Origin: an uncultured virus (IMG/VR IMGVR_UViG_2912893941_000001)
Lineage: Duplodnaviria; Heunggongvirae; Uroviricota; Caudoviricetes
DNA length: 64,000 bases
Direction: 5' to 3' (one strand)
IMG/VR virus record: IMGVR_UViG_2912893941_000001
Span: 1-64,000 of that record
In this document: in pieces, positions 1 to 9,466 of the stretch
How the letters are laid out: every line of letters begins with the position of its first letter
Numbering within the stretch: position 1 is the first letter of the stretch
Program-made: the position numbers and the translations under genes
The notes under the pieces: generated by a model
Told to the model about the DNA's origin: nothing
Databases searched by the model: none
What the model saw: the letters and a program-made list of their open reading frames with translations, nothing else

Positions 1-960
1 TTGGTTAGGCGGTCAAATATAATAGCGGCAGTCCCGGAGACGGACAAGCCCGAAATTGAATTAACCGATTTTGAAACGGCATACAACGCATTCATACGAG
101 AATGTAAAATTAAGAATCTTTCGGAACATACGCTTAAGTATTACCGGAACGAACTACTGTCATTTCGCTCGATGCTCGAGCAGCAAGGCGTATCGACTAG
201 ACCTGAAAAAATAACGCTACCGATATTAAAAGAGAACGTTATTGTGTACATGATGGATAAACTCGGAAGGAAAGAGACATCGATCAATACAAGGCTTCGC
301 GCTATTAGGGCGTTCTTTAATTTCCTCGAAAAGAACCGTATGATAGACGATAATCCGGCGAAAGAACTTTCGTTGGTTAAACAGAAGAAAGAGGTAATTG
401 AGACGTTCAGCCGTGAGCAACTTCGGGATATTCTACGACAACCGGATCAGGGAACGTTTACAGGCTTTCGTGATTATACAATCATGTTATTACTCATCGA
501 AACTGGTGTGCGTGTACGAGAACTGACTGATATAAGCGTCAAAGATATCCGTTGGGAGGATTCGCAAATACTGATTAATGGGAAGGGTTATAAAGAACGT
601 CTTGTACCGATTCAATCGACTGTTAAAACACGGTTAAGAAAGTACGTTCAGATACGCGGAGATGTACCAAATGACGCTTTATTTGTTACGATAGACAATA
701 CCCCACTAACAACACGACAGGTTCAGAATCGACTTTCTAAGTATGGCCGTATGGCAAATATTAAGAATGTTCGGTGTTCTCCACATACATTCCGACACAC
801 CTTTGCAAAGATGTCTGTTCAAAACGGCGCAGATGTATTCGCACTTCAAGCCGTACTTGGGCATTCAAGTCTTGATATGGTTCGGAATTACGTGAATCTT
901 TTCAGCAGTGATGTTATGGATGCGCATAAAAAATTCAGTCCAGTAGAAAAGTTATTTTAA
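1..960 (+). CDS. Tyrosine recombinase/integrase
   Basis: Catalytic motifs ETGVRVREL, SPHTFRHTFA, LGHSSLDMVRNY; N-terminal core-binding domain. Confidence 0.93.
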   Translation: MVRRSNIIAAVPETDKPEIELTDFETAYNAFIRECKIKNLSEHTLKYYRNELLSFRSMLEQQGVSTRPEKITLPILKENVIVYMMDKLGRKETSINTRLRAIRAFFNFLEKNRMIDDNPAKELSLVKQKKEVIETFSREQLRDILRQPDQGTFTGFRDYTIMLLLIETGVRVRELTDISVKDIRWEDSQILINGKGYKERLVPIQSTVKTRLRKYVQIRGDVPNDALFVTIDNTPLTTRQVQNRLSKYGRMANIKNVRCSPHTFRHTFAKMSVQNGADVFALQAVLGHSSLDMVRNYVNLFSSDVMDAHKKFSPVEKLF

Positions 961-988
961 CCTCGTCTTTTAGGCGGGGTTATTTTTT
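959..988 (+). terminator. Intrinsic terminator after the integrase
   Basis: AACCTCGTC-TTTTA-GGCGGGGTT stem (G-U pairs) followed by a T tract. Confidence 0.7.
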
Positions 989-1047
989 GTCCATTTTCCG
1001 GAGAGGATTCGCAGTTATAAATGACGGACGAAAAAGTTTCGTAATAC

Positions 1048-1087
1048 ATGTCGCAAAATTGATGGTAGCCTACCCGTTATAGAAGTG
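1048..1087 (+). promoter_or_regulatory. Phage-specific bipartite promoter-like motif, copy 1
   Basis: ATGTCGCAAAA-N10-CCTACCCGTTATAGAAGTG; also at 12533 and 26456. Confidence 0.75.
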
Positions 1088-1146
1088 TAAGGCAAACAGA
1101 TGTTAAGCCGGGGAGATAGCGACACACACACAGAGGAGGAATTCGA

Positions 1147-1599
1147 ATGTTACCACAAATGAGAATCAACGGAGCCGCAGCCGAACTTTTCGTAAAGGGT
1201 GATTTACTTATGAAGAATTACGTACCATTTGAACCGGAGATAGACAATACGGAGTGTGATATTGCGGTAATTCAAAACGGAAATCTTGTGCGCATTCAAG
1301 TGAAAAGTGCTCGCTCCGAAGACCTCGAAAAAGTTAAATTCGATCTAACGCGATCAAGTGCAGCCTGTCGTTTCTACACAAAAGACGATTTCGATGTTTT
1401 AGCGTTATATGATTTCGCAACAAATAAGATCGCGTATATTGATTGGCGGAGTATTACACACAAACGAAGCATTACGTTGAGATACACAGATACACCCTGC
1501 AAAAACGGATTCGTTGGAGAAAATGGTCGGCTGTTCTTTGATGATTATCGAGAGCTTCCACAGATTATACGAAGTGTATCGAAGGAGATATCCGCATGA
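1147..1599 (+). CDS. PD-(D/E)XK endonuclease (intron-associated PDDEXK_5-like)
   Basis: G.AAE, CDIAV, RIQVKS and DFDVLALYD motifs; RBS GGAGG. Confidence 0.75.
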   Translation: MLPQMRINGAAAELFVKGDLLMKNYVPFEPEIDNTECDIAVIQNGNLVRIQVKSARSEDLEKVKFDLTRSSAACRFYTKDDFDVLALYDFATNKIAYIDWRSITHKRSITLRYTDTPCKNGFVGENGRLFFDDYRELPQIIRSVSKEISA

Positions 1600-2045
1600 A
1601 TAGCAGAGGAATGATCGGGTACGCATCAGAAAGACTAGTTGAATCAGATCTTCTTTTCCAAGGGATTGTCGTTTTAAATCCAAGCCAGCCAGATTTAGAG
1701 TACGATTTGGTTGCGCAAATTGGGAACGAAAATTTCAAAATACAGGTTAAAACAGGAAAGCGGAAAGATGACAAGGTTCTAGTAGCGGACATTAGAAAAT
1801 CAGCAAGCCCACGTAACCCATATAAAAAACTGCACTATACAAAAGACGATGTAGACATTTTTGCGATTACAGATCCGGAAACGAGAAGGGTAGCCTATTA
1901 TCCTGCGGGCGAAGTCAGTCGAGAAATAACTTTCCGTTTTGAAAAGCGAAAATGCAGAAACGGGTATGCTGAGAGGTTGTTCAATGATTTTACAGATATT
2001 AAAGCTGCCATAGAAAAACTGTTTTCGCTGCAGAGAATATCCTAG
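1596..2045 (+). CDS. PD-(D/E)XK endonuclease, paralog of the upstream gene
   Basis: G.ASE, YDLV, KIQVKT and DVDIFAI motifs; ATGA overlap with the upstream gene. Confidence 0.75.
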   Translation: MNSRGMIGYASERLVESDLLFQGIVVLNPSQPDLEYDLVAQIGNENFKIQVKTGKRKDDKVLVADIRKSASPRNPYKKLHYTKDDVDIFAITDPETRRVAYYPAGEVSREITFRFEKRKCRNGYAERLFNDFTDIKAAIEKLFSLQRIS

Positions 2046-2060
2046 ACGGGGTGATAACGA

Positions 2061-2480
2061 ATGACCGACGAACATCAGCGTCTCGTATCCGTCGAATCTC
2101 AATCCGAATACAACGTCACGTCTGGCAAGGCCGAAACGCGGATCTTCGTTAAGATGTACGTCGACGCCGTTAAGAAAGGTCTTATCGCGGATATCGGAGC
2201 GGAGCGTTGGCAGACTCTTTGCGTACTGTCTTCGTTCATGAACGCTAATGGCGAATGTTACCCGACGCAAGATCAGATAGCCAGCGCGCTAAATCTCAGC
2301 CGAGCTGCAGCGAACAGGCGGATCAAAGCGCTGTGCGAATATCGATGGCAAGAGCGTCCGTTAGTCGTAAAGCAGAAGGCGCGGGACCCGAAGACGCAGC
2401 GATGGGATAACGCGAGATATACGATCATGCCGATCAGTCAGCTCGCGATATTCGATGGAGATACGGAGGAGCTTACGTAG
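2061..2480 (+). CDS. Winged-helix protein resembling the N-terminal domain of a replisome organizer
   Basis: GECYPTQDQIASALNLSRAAANRRIKAL, an HTH_36-like signature. Confidence 0.7.
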   Translation: MTDEHQRLVSVESQSEYNVTSGKAETRIFVKMYVDAVKKGLIADIGAERWQTLCVLSSFMNANGECYPTQDQIASALNLSRAAANRRIKALCEYRWQERPLVVKQKARDPKTQRWDNARYTIMPISQLAIFDGDTEELT

Positions 2481-2495
2481 CCATGTGACGCCGAG

Positions 2496-2574
2496 CCATA
2501 CACGGCGGACCCATACACGGCTCGACTTTACACTAACTAGAACCATCTTTTAACTAGAGCCATTAATAACTAGA
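2496..2574. repeat. Iteron-like direct repeats, candidate origin
   Basis: CCATACACGGC at 2496 and 2511; TAACTAGA at 2534, 2551 and 2567; AT-rich DNA follows. Confidence 0.55.
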
Positions 2575-2712
2575 TAAATAATAGCGCTCAATTAAAACCT
2601 TTTCGCGCAGATACTTATTAAATAATAATTCTATCGCGGTAAGGAACATCCGCAAGAGTGAGCGTAAGCGAACGATTGCTAGGTCTTATTAATAAACGGA
2701 AGGATGTGCGAT

Positions 2713-2877
2713 ATGTTTACGAAATATGAACTCGCCACCATATACGAAGCGCTCGACGATCTTCATCCGGGTACTCGCGCTCAATTCGAAGGAGGCGTAG
2801 AGGTAGCGGTATCCGATTTAAGCGAAAAGGTATTGCGACTAATTAACGAAGGAGGCGACGCCAACCATGGCCATTGA
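2713..2877 (+). CDS. Small hypothetical protein (54 aa, not in ORF track)
   Basis: RBS AAGGA, ATG, MFTKYELATIYEALDD... Confidence 0.55.
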   Translation: MFTKYELATIYEALDDLHPGTRAQFEGGVEVAVSDLSEKVLRLINEGGDANHGH

Positions 2878-3190
2878 AATCCCGATCTCACCCGATTACA
2901 AACTAACGTCCGACTCGCTTAACATCATCGTAAATGAACGCTACTTCACCGACCCGACAAAAGCGCCGAACTGGCCGAAGAAGCTTGCGGAGAACCCGAA
3001 CGCTGATCCAACGCCAAAGGAAAAGTGGCGCGAAGTAGCGTATCACTCAACGGTCGAACGCGCGGTACTCGACGTAATGAATCGACGGTTGCGCGACTCG
3101 GATGCGACATCGCTGGCGGAATTAGCACGATTAATACGGGAGTTTCGCGAGGGAATAGCGGCTTTACTGGCGGTCGAGGGCGATTGGTAG
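2867..3190 (+). CDS. Hypothetical phage protein
   Basis: RBS AAGGAGG; operon context. Confidence 0.75.
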   Translation: MAIEIPISPDYKLTSDSLNIIVNERYFTDPTKAPNWPKKLAENPNADPTPKEKWREVAYHSTVERAVLDVMNRRLRDSDATSLAELARLIREFREGIAALLAVEGDW

Positions 3191-3225
3191 GGTCAGCGAT
3201 AAAACGGCGGAGAGGTGGCGAAAAC

Positions 3226-3408
3226 GTGGCTGGAAATGACGTTAATTTTCAATCGCTAAAAGAGATCGCAGCTGTGTACGGTGTTAGTCTTCGCGACGAA
3301 CCTAATCCGAAGGGTTTCATTATCGCATCTAAAGACGGAACCAAGCGCGAACTGACAACGGAAGAGTTCGTAAAATCAATATTTCCGGAATGGGAGGGTA
3401 AGCGATGA
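3226..3408 (+). CDS. Hypothetical protein
   Basis: GAGGTG RBS before GTG; coupled to the next ORF. Confidence 0.55.
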   Translation: MAGNDVNFQSLKEIAAVYGVSLRDEPNPKGFIIASKDGTKRELTTEEFVKSIFPEWEGKR

Positions 3409-3644
3409 CCGAAGAAGTTAAACGATTACGTTGTGCTGTGGCGGATTTGATTGGCGAGAATGAACGCTTGAAGAATGGCATGCCCCGGAATATATTCGCA
3501 ATGTCAAATGAATTATGCCGCATCAGACAAGAGCTTATGGATTTGAGCGCGGAGAGGTGGCGGCTGAAATCGGAAAACGAAATGCTTATCGAGGAACTTC
3601 GCGAATTAAAAACCGAATTAAACTCGGTAGAGGAGGACGAATAA
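3405..3644 (+). CDS. Hypothetical coiled-coil protein
   Basis: RBS GGAGGG; heptad-rich sequence. Confidence 0.65.
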   Translation: MTEEVKRLRCAVADLIGENERLKNGMPRNIFAMSNELCRIRQELMDLSAERWRLKSENEMLIEELRELKTELNSVEEDE

Positions 3645-3982
3645 TGAAGCCGACAATCACGAAGGAACAGGCGAAGGAATTAGAAGCGTATCGTCGATCC
3701 GGCGATCTCGATATACAGATCCTTGAGGCGGCTTGTGACGAGGTTATAGGCGGTAAGCTTGCGAAACTAGACCTTCTAACGCTTGCGGCCGCACTGCTCA
3801 ACGGATACGAAGTCGAAGCGACGCCGGAAGACCGGGTGCGCGAGTATTACGACGAACTTCAGGAAAAGCAACGGACTTCGCAATCCCGGGGCGTTACGTT
3901 CAGCCTTGAATGCGAAAGGGAGGGCGTTATCAACACGCTCAATCTTCTCGGAATCAAAATCGAAGGAGTGAACGCGCGATGA
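3644..3982 (+). CDS. Hypothetical phage protein
   Basis: GGAGGA RBS, ATG at 3644; ALLNGYEVE motif common in Firmicutes phage proteins. Confidence 0.7.
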   Translation: MKPTITKEQAKELEAYRRSGDLDIQILEAACDEVIGGKLAKLDLLTLAAALLNGYEVEATPEDRVREYYDELQEKQRTSQSRGVTFSLECEREGVINTLNLLGIKIEGVNAR

Positions 3983-4329
3983 CAACGTATGAAACGAAGC
4001 CGGTCGCCAAGTGGAATACGCGCGATTTTATCGGTTACCTACACGCCAAGCACAAAGAAACTTACGGAATTCCTTACGTAACGAACAATCGCGGCATGGA
4101 GGCGAAGAACCTAAAGCTGATGATCGACGAGCAAGGCGCCGAGGTTACGCGGAGATTCATCGATAAATGTTTCGCGGAGAAAAAGCCGACGCTGAAGTAT
4201 CCGGGCTGTAACTTTGCGTTCATGTTTTCATATATGCGCGAAAGTGTCTTATCGCGTGTGCTTACGGAAGTCCAAGCCGAACAGAAACGGGCTGATCGCA
4301 ATGAAGGCGTGGATGATGCGTGGTTCTAG
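3979..4329 (+). CDS. Hypothetical protein, possibly a replisome-organizer C-terminal-like domain
   Basis: AAGGAG RBS, ATG at 3979; helical domain in the replication module. Confidence 0.65.
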   Translation: MTTYETKPVAKWNTRDFIGYLHAKHKETYGIPYVTNNRGMEAKNLKLMIDEQGAEVTRRFIDKCFAEKKPTLKYPGCNFAFMFSYMRESVLSRVLTEVQAEQKRADRNEGVDDAWF

Positions 4330-4355
4330 TGCGCCCGGCGCCTGGACGCCAAGAA

Positions 4356-4451
4356 TTAGCGTCCAAGAAGAGCGAAAATAGGCTTTCTGAATGCGAAAAC
4401 AAATGCCGCTGTAAGAGCGATAACTACTTTATCTTCGGTTGATATTTTCAT
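4356..4451 (-). CDS. 31-aa hydrophobic peptide MKISTEDKVVIALTAAFVFAFRKPIFALLGR (not in ORF track)
   Basis: Strong RBS AAAGGAGG, extended -10 TGGTACAAT, LexA-like box upstream, hairpin at the 3' end. Confidence 0.65.
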   Translation of the reverse strand: MKISTEDKVVIALTAAFVFAFRKPIFALLGR

Positions 4452-4482
4452 GAATCGAACCTCCTTTCGGTAACTTAGGTAT

Positions 4483-4513
4483 ATTGTACCACATAAATAA
4501 GAATGTGTGTTCG
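4483..4513 (-). promoter_or_regulatory. SigA extended -10 promoter with an overlapping LexA/DinR-like box
   Basis: TGGTACAAT (4491-4483) and CGAACACACATTCT (4513-4500), close to the Bacillus SOS consensus CGAACRNRYGTTYC. Confidence 0.55.
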
Positions 4514-4546
4514 TATTTTTATAAAAATTTCGGGAGGGATTGCGAA

Positions 4547-5536
4547 ATGGCTGAAACGAAAAAGTATGTACGGATTAAGAAGGCATCTATAGAGGGAGCG
4601 TGGTATGCGGATAAGCTTGGACAGATATTCGAAGTTTATTACGAAAACTCCGTTGCACTAGGTGCAGTATGTTACGGCTACTATTCCGTGCTCAGAGAAG
4701 ACGGTGAACTCATCATTACAGAAAAGCGCCCGGCCAAAGTTGGTGAGCGCGTGTTGATTACGGGGGCGTATGCGTATACGGGATGCCCATATAAAAATGG
4801 CGATATTAACAACGTGAAAACCGCAGATGAGTACGGACACATTCTCGTCGAAGAACATTCTGTGAGCCTATTACGACGGGAATACGAAGTCATCGTCAAT
4901 AACGAAATTAAAAACGAGGAGGCTGACGAAATGAAAATCGATTTGAACGCAATGGGATACGATGAGTTACTAGCGCATGGTGATGCGGTAATGGAGGCGA
5001 TTAAAAAGCGCACATTTCAAGAAGGATTTCAAGCGGCTAAACAAGTTCAGCGAAAGTTGGCGAAAATGAAGACGTCTATTAATACCCAAGCACGCCGTGA
5101 TGAAATCGTTGAGCAGGCGAAAGCGGACGTTAAGGGGTTATTCAAAAGAGACCTCGGATATAGACACGATTTTATCGTAAACTCCGAAAAAAGAACCGTT
5201 GTCGCTTTGAGGAAGTCGTTCGTGGAAGGATACGTACGCGATAGAGGCATCGCAAAAGCTACCCCTGACGATTGTTTCAACATTCATATCGGAAAGGCGA
5301 TTGCGTTAAGACGTGCGCTAGGCTTAGCGGTGCCAGACGAATACTTGAACGCGCCACAGCCGACTGAGGTTCGTGTGGGTGATTTTGTATCGGATGATAG
5401 CGGGGTCAACAAAGCACTAGTTATTGAAGACGACAGTTGGCCGCCTTTTTCCGGCGGTGCAGTAATATACTTGAAAGATGCGCGTAAATACTGCTATAGA
5501 ATAATCGACGACTCACGCGAAGAGGTGGGCGAATGA
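4547..5536 (+). CDS. Hypothetical phage protein
   Basis: GGAGGG RBS before ATG at 4547; motif AKATPDDCFNIHIGKAIALRRA. Confidence 0.75.
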   Translation: MAETKKYVRIKKASIEGAWYADKLGQIFEVYYENSVALGAVCYGYYSVLREDGELIITEKRPAKVGERVLITGAYAYTGCPYKNGDINNVKTADEYGHILVEEHSVSLLRREYEVIVNNEIKNEEADEMKIDLNAMGYDELLAHGDAVMEAIKKRTFQEGFQAAKQVQRKLAKMKTSINTQARRDEIVEQAKADVKGLFKRDLGYRHDFIVNSEKRTVVALRKSFVEGYVRDRGIAKATPDDCFNIHIGKAIALRRALGLAVPDEYLNAPQPTEVRVGDFVSDDSGVNKALVIEDDSWPPFSGGAVIYLKDARKYCYRIIDDSREEVGE

Positions 5537-5736
5537 AAAAAAGGCATGTAACGTTTGGAACGCCGAAATACGTTGAGGCTACGAAGTTAGGCGAAAGACT
5601 GGGAAAGACTGATGAGTTAATCGGTAAGATCGAGTTTTTAGTGGAAGAACTCTCCCGAGGCGGTTGTCCCATAGGGATGTATAAACAACGCGAGAGAATT
5701 GACCAGTTAGCGCAGCGATTATCGGAGTTGATTTAA
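5533..5736 (+). CDS. Hypothetical protein
   Basis: GAGGTG RBS; translational coupling. Confidence 0.6.
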   Translation: MKKRHVTFGTPKYVEATKLGERLGKTDELIGKIEFLVEELSRGGCPIGMYKQRERIDQLAQRLSELI

Positions 5737-5925
5737 CGAAAGGAGGCGCGTGAGTGACGTACCATAGACGCTTGAAAAAAACGGTGTTTAAAAAGTATAG
5801 CGGATATGATTGGACTTGCGACGCAATGTATCAGGAACCCCGCGTGAAGGACGCAGATAAACGAATGCGCTCGAAGCATGAAAGAACGATAAGAAAACGA
5901 ATTGATCGGAAGGAGGTCCGCGAAT

Positions 5926-6705
5926 ATGAATAACGAAAATAATTGCGTACTCGCTGACGGATGCAAAGCGGCCGGGACCGACGCATGTACGCGGCACTGT
6001 ACGCATTTCATCGCGATACACGGCGCATCGGGCGAAGGGGGGCGCTCAGGGGCGGCAGGGCTTCCGCGTGAATACCGGCTCGTCACGCTGAAGAATTCGC
6101 CGGCTCGCGCTGACCAATCCGAAGCTTATAAGGCGGCCGAGGCTTATGCGGCATCCTTTGCGCGGCAGTTCGAACAAGGCGGACCGGTTGCGCCGGCCGA
6201 CCGCATTAAAGACCTATATCTGTTCAGCGAATCGCCCGGCACCGGCAAGACGACGACGGCCGCCGCACTTCTGAACGAATGGCTACGTGTCCATTATAGC
6301 GGCTCGCTGCGGCGCGGCTTCGAACCCCTACAGCGCCCGGCGTATTTCCTCGATGTGAACGCGTGGCAGAACGACTATAACGAATTCAACCGTCCGCGTG
6401 TTCCGGATTCAGTAGCAGAGCCGGCGGCCGCCCGTTATTATCGTGCGCTTGAGGCCGCAAAGAAGGCGCCGTTTGCGGTGCTGGACGATATAGGGGTACG
6501 CGATGCAACGGACGGCTTCCGCGGTGATTTGCATACCGTTATTAACGCAAGAGTAACGAATCAACTACCGACCGTATACACGAGCAACATTGCGCTCGAT
6601 CAGCTTTGGCAAGTATTCGGTGAGCGACGTCTGGCTGATCGGGTGGGCGACCTATGCCGCGAGATTGAATTCGTCGGCGAATCGAAAAGGGGGATGCGTA
6701 GATGA
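5926..6705 (+). CDS. DnaC/IstB-like AAA+ helicase loader
   Basis: Walker A PGTGKT, Walker B VLDDIG, PTVYTSN, RLADRV; N-terminal Cys cluster. Confidence 0.85.
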   Translation: MNNENNCVLADGCKAAGTDACTRHCTHFIAIHGASGEGGRSGAAGLPREYRLVTLKNSPARADQSEAYKAAEAYAASFARQFEQGGPVAPADRIKDLYLFSESPGTGKTTTAAALLNEWLRVHYSGSLRRGFEPLQRPAYFLDVNAWQNDYNEFNRPRVPDSVAEPAAARYYRALEAAKKAPFAVLDDIGVRDATDGFRGDLHTVINARVTNQLPTVYTSNIALDQLWQVFGERRLADRVGDLCREIEFVGESKRGMRR

Positions 6706-7073
6706 TTAAGGTTGTTGTAGCAGGAGGGCGTGATTTTAATGACTACGACTTACTGCGTTGTAAATTAGACTCGGCTCTACGCAATCGACAAAACGAGAAG
6801 ATCGTAATTGTGTCCGGAAAAGCACGCGGAGCGGATAGTCTCGGTGAACGTTATGCGCGCGAGAAAGGGTACGAAATAAGTGAGTATCCTGCCGATTGGG
6901 ATAAATTCGGAAAGGCTGCCGGGTACATTCGTAATAAAGAAATGGCGGAAGAAGCAGACGCATTAATGGCGTTTTGGGACGGTAAGAGCCGAGGCACTAA
7001 GCATATGATTGACCTTGCGAAAAAGAACGGATTAAAGATATCGATTGTTTACTACGGTGGTGGCCGACCATGA
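6702..7073 (+). CDS. SLOG-superfamily (DUF2493/YspA-like) protein
   Basis: VVVAGGRDF, VSGKARGAD, AGYIRN and FWDGKSRGTKHMI motifs. Confidence 0.8.
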   Translation: MIKVVVAGGRDFNDYDLLRCKLDSALRNRQNEKIVIVSGKARGADSLGERYAREKGYEISEYPADWDKFGKAAGYIRNKEMAEEADALMAFWDGKSRGTKHMIDLAKKNGLKISIVYYGGGRP

Positions 7074-7597
7074 AAACGGAATTCACCTTCGGAGATATCG
7101 TCTCGGTTGCCGGGTATGAAAATCGGATATTCTACGTCGATGCTTGGCGCGAAGTAAAGGAAACCGATGAGTGGGGCGTAAGTGAGTACGTCGAGTTCGA
7201 ACTGACTGACGCGATTAACGGTGAATTCCTTGATGCGTTCGAAACGGATCTGCGGCTGGTCTGCCGGAAACATTTCGCGGAAGATTACCTCTTATCGTAC
7301 GACGTGACGGATTATCCGGAGCCGGAGGGCGCGGCGTCCCACTTTACGGATGATTATTCTTTCGGAATAGGTTATGCGAGAGAGGAGGCGGTTGGGATGG
7401 CGAAAGAACCGAAGGAAACGCCGAAGACAGCGCGGGCGGTAAGTGCGCAGGAGGTAGCGAAACGCAAGCGGGAGACTGACGAGCTACTCGATAAATATAT
7501 CGACCTAATGACGTTATATGAATTAATCGGGGATGTGGAGTATAAAACGAAAGCTGACGCTGTGATGACGAAATTGAGACGGGAGGCGGGCGAATAA
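7070..7597 (+). CDS. Hypothetical protein (SH3-like N-terminus, helical C-terminus)
   Basis: FTFGDIVSV start; DELLDKYIDL C-terminal motif. Confidence 0.7.
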   Translation: MKTEFTFGDIVSVAGYENRIFYVDAWREVKETDEWGVSEYVEFELTDAINGEFLDAFETDLRLVCRKHFAEDYLLSYDVTDYPEPEGAASHFTDDYSFGIGYAREEAVGMAKEPKETPKTARAVSAQEVAKRKRETDELLDKYIDLMTLYELIGDVEYKTKADAVMTKLRREAGE

Positions 7598-7923
7598 TGG
7601 GCGTATGGAGATCGGATTGGGTTTTGATTGGCGCGGATATAGGATACGATCAATTCGATGAATATAAGTACGAAGAATACGAAAAATTTGAGGGCGTGGA
7701 TAGCTCGGGAGAGATTACGTATTTAATAGACGTAATGGGTGGCGAGTATTTTGTCGTCGGTGAGGTCGTGACCAAAGCATCTGAATATGCGGGATTCAGG
7801 CGTTCAGAAATAGAAGTCGGAGATATTTACGAAAATGCTTGCGAAAGAGTCCGAGAGCATATCCGCACTGAATTCGGGGTTGAAGCAAAACCGAAGCTTA
7901 TCGTTATCACACATTTTACGTAA
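7597..7923 (+). CDS. Hypothetical protein
   Basis: GGAGG RBS; coupled ORF. Confidence 0.65.
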   Translation: MGVWRSDWVLIGADIGYDQFDEYKYEEYEKFEGVDSSGEITYLIDVMGGEYFVVGEVVTKASEYAGFRRSEIEVGDIYENACERVREHIRTEFGVEAKPKLIVITHFT

Positions 7924-7937
7924 GGAGCTGAACGCCG

Positions 7938-9332
7938 ATGAACTACGGAACTTTACTAATATCGAAAGCTATCGAAGCGAACGATCCGAACGCCCTGCTG
8001 CGCTTCAATGTTTCGGAAGCCGACTTCCAAACGCAGGGCGAACGCAAGGCCTTCCGGTACGTCATGGATTACGCGGAGAAATATCGAGGCCAAGCGCCGA
8101 CGGCCGAAATGGTCGCGAATGAGGTGCCGGACTTCCAGCCGGATTTTAATATCGAGGCGAGCTACGATTATCTTGCGCAGAATTTGAAAAATCAGGCGGC
8201 TGAACGCGACTTTATCGAAGTGGTTAACGGCAAGGTCGATCCTGAGACGCAGAAACAAATCAAGTCGTCTGAGTTTACGGAGAGATTCGAACAAGCGCAA
8301 AAAACGGGAGATATGCAAAGTTTCGCTGAGTGGTTGACGAGCTTAGGCGAAAGTCTTAAAATGAGAACAAACGTTCGAAATACGGTTGGTACGGATATCA
8401 AACGAGACATCGACAAATTTAAAACGGAATATGAAAACCGTAAGGCCGGCGAGTCCTTCCGGATATGGCGCAGCAAATTCGACTTTGTTAATAAGGCGAT
8501 GGGCGGCTACGTTTCGTCGAACGTGTACGTGATCTACGGAAAGTCGGGCCGGGGTAAATCGGCCGTATCGTTAGAAGAGGTCACTAACTGTGCGATGCAG
8601 GGGGCGAACGTTCTGATTTGGTCGATGGAAATGGGCTGGTACGAAGTGTTGGTGCGTCTGTACGTATCGATTTCCGGAACCATGGGTGTTACGACTGCGA
8701 CTCTGGACGGCGTCGATATGGAAGCCGGATTCAATTCGCGCGATGTGCGTCAGGGCAAACTAACCGACGAGTTCGAGGCGGGTTTTATGGAATTCCTCGA
8801 TCGGCTCAACGAAATCATTCCGGGTAATATTACGGTGCGAGCCGTCGACGACGAAGACTTCGGCTCAAGAACCCTGCGCGATCTAAAATCGGACATTATC
8901 GAAACGAAAGCCGACGTCGTGCTTGTAGATCCGTTTTATTACCTCGACTACGAAGCCAATACGTCAAAGACGGCAGGCGGAGACGCGGCTAATACTTCGC
9001 AAAAACTGCGCCGTCTGGCCGGGCATACGAAAACGACGATCTTTGCGCTCACACAGGCAGATGAGGATGACGAGAAAGAAACGGAAGACGGAGCGCGCGA
9101 GCTTAAGCTGCCGCAGCGTAAGGACGTCAAGAAAACGAAAGCCCTGCTCGAAGATGCTGCGTTATTGATCGCAGTTGATACGAACGCGAAAGAAGGCCGC
9201 GGCTTGATCGGATTGAACAAAGGGCGCGACGGCGGCGAAGGGGAAGTCGCAGAGATCATCTATTTGCCGCAAATCGGCGTAGTAAAACAGCCGGAAATGG
9301 GCGCCGGGGCTGCGGACGTGTTCGAGTTTTAG
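7938..9332 (+). CDS. DnaB-like replicative helicase
   Basis: Walker A GKSGRGKS, SMEM, VLVD, ALTQ and KGRDG motifs. Confidence 0.9.
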   Translation: MNYGTLLISKAIEANDPNALLRFNVSEADFQTQGERKAFRYVMDYAEKYRGQAPTAEMVANEVPDFQPDFNIEASYDYLAQNLKNQAAERDFIEVVNGKVDPETQKQIKSSEFTERFEQAQKTGDMQSFAEWLTSLGESLKMRTNVRNTVGTDIKRDIDKFKTEYENRKAGESFRIWRSKFDFVNKAMGGYVSSNVYVIYGKSGRGKSAVSLEEVTNCAMQGANVLIWSMEMGWYEVLVRLYVSISGTMGVTTATLDGVDMEAGFNSRDVRQGKLTDEFEAGFMEFLDRLNEIIPGNITVRAVDDEDFGSRTLRDLKSDIIETKADVVLVDPFYYLDYEANTSKTAGGDAANTSQKLRRLAGHTKTTIFALTQADEDDEKETEDGARELKLPQRKDVKKTKALLEDAALLIAVDTNAKEGRGLIGLNKGRDGGEGEVAEIIYLPQIGVVKQPEMGAGAADVFEF

Positions 9333-9466
9333 ATCGTTTGGAATTTACCGGATGATATTGTCAACAATTACATCTAAATTTTTGAATAGTTTCGACAAAT
9401 TGCGACTGTAATTTTCGTAACAATGTCGTAATATAATTTACAAGTCTCGAAAGGAAGTGTCTCGAA

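Noticed and set aside
2478..2573. Genome-wide TAG recoding
   Set aside because: TAG terminates ordinary genes elsewhere (e.g. helicase, scaffold) and no suppressor tRNA is seen
4456..4469. Second SOS box CGAACCTCCTTTCG
   Set aside because: Better explained as the minus-strand Shine-Dalgarno of the 31-aa ORF
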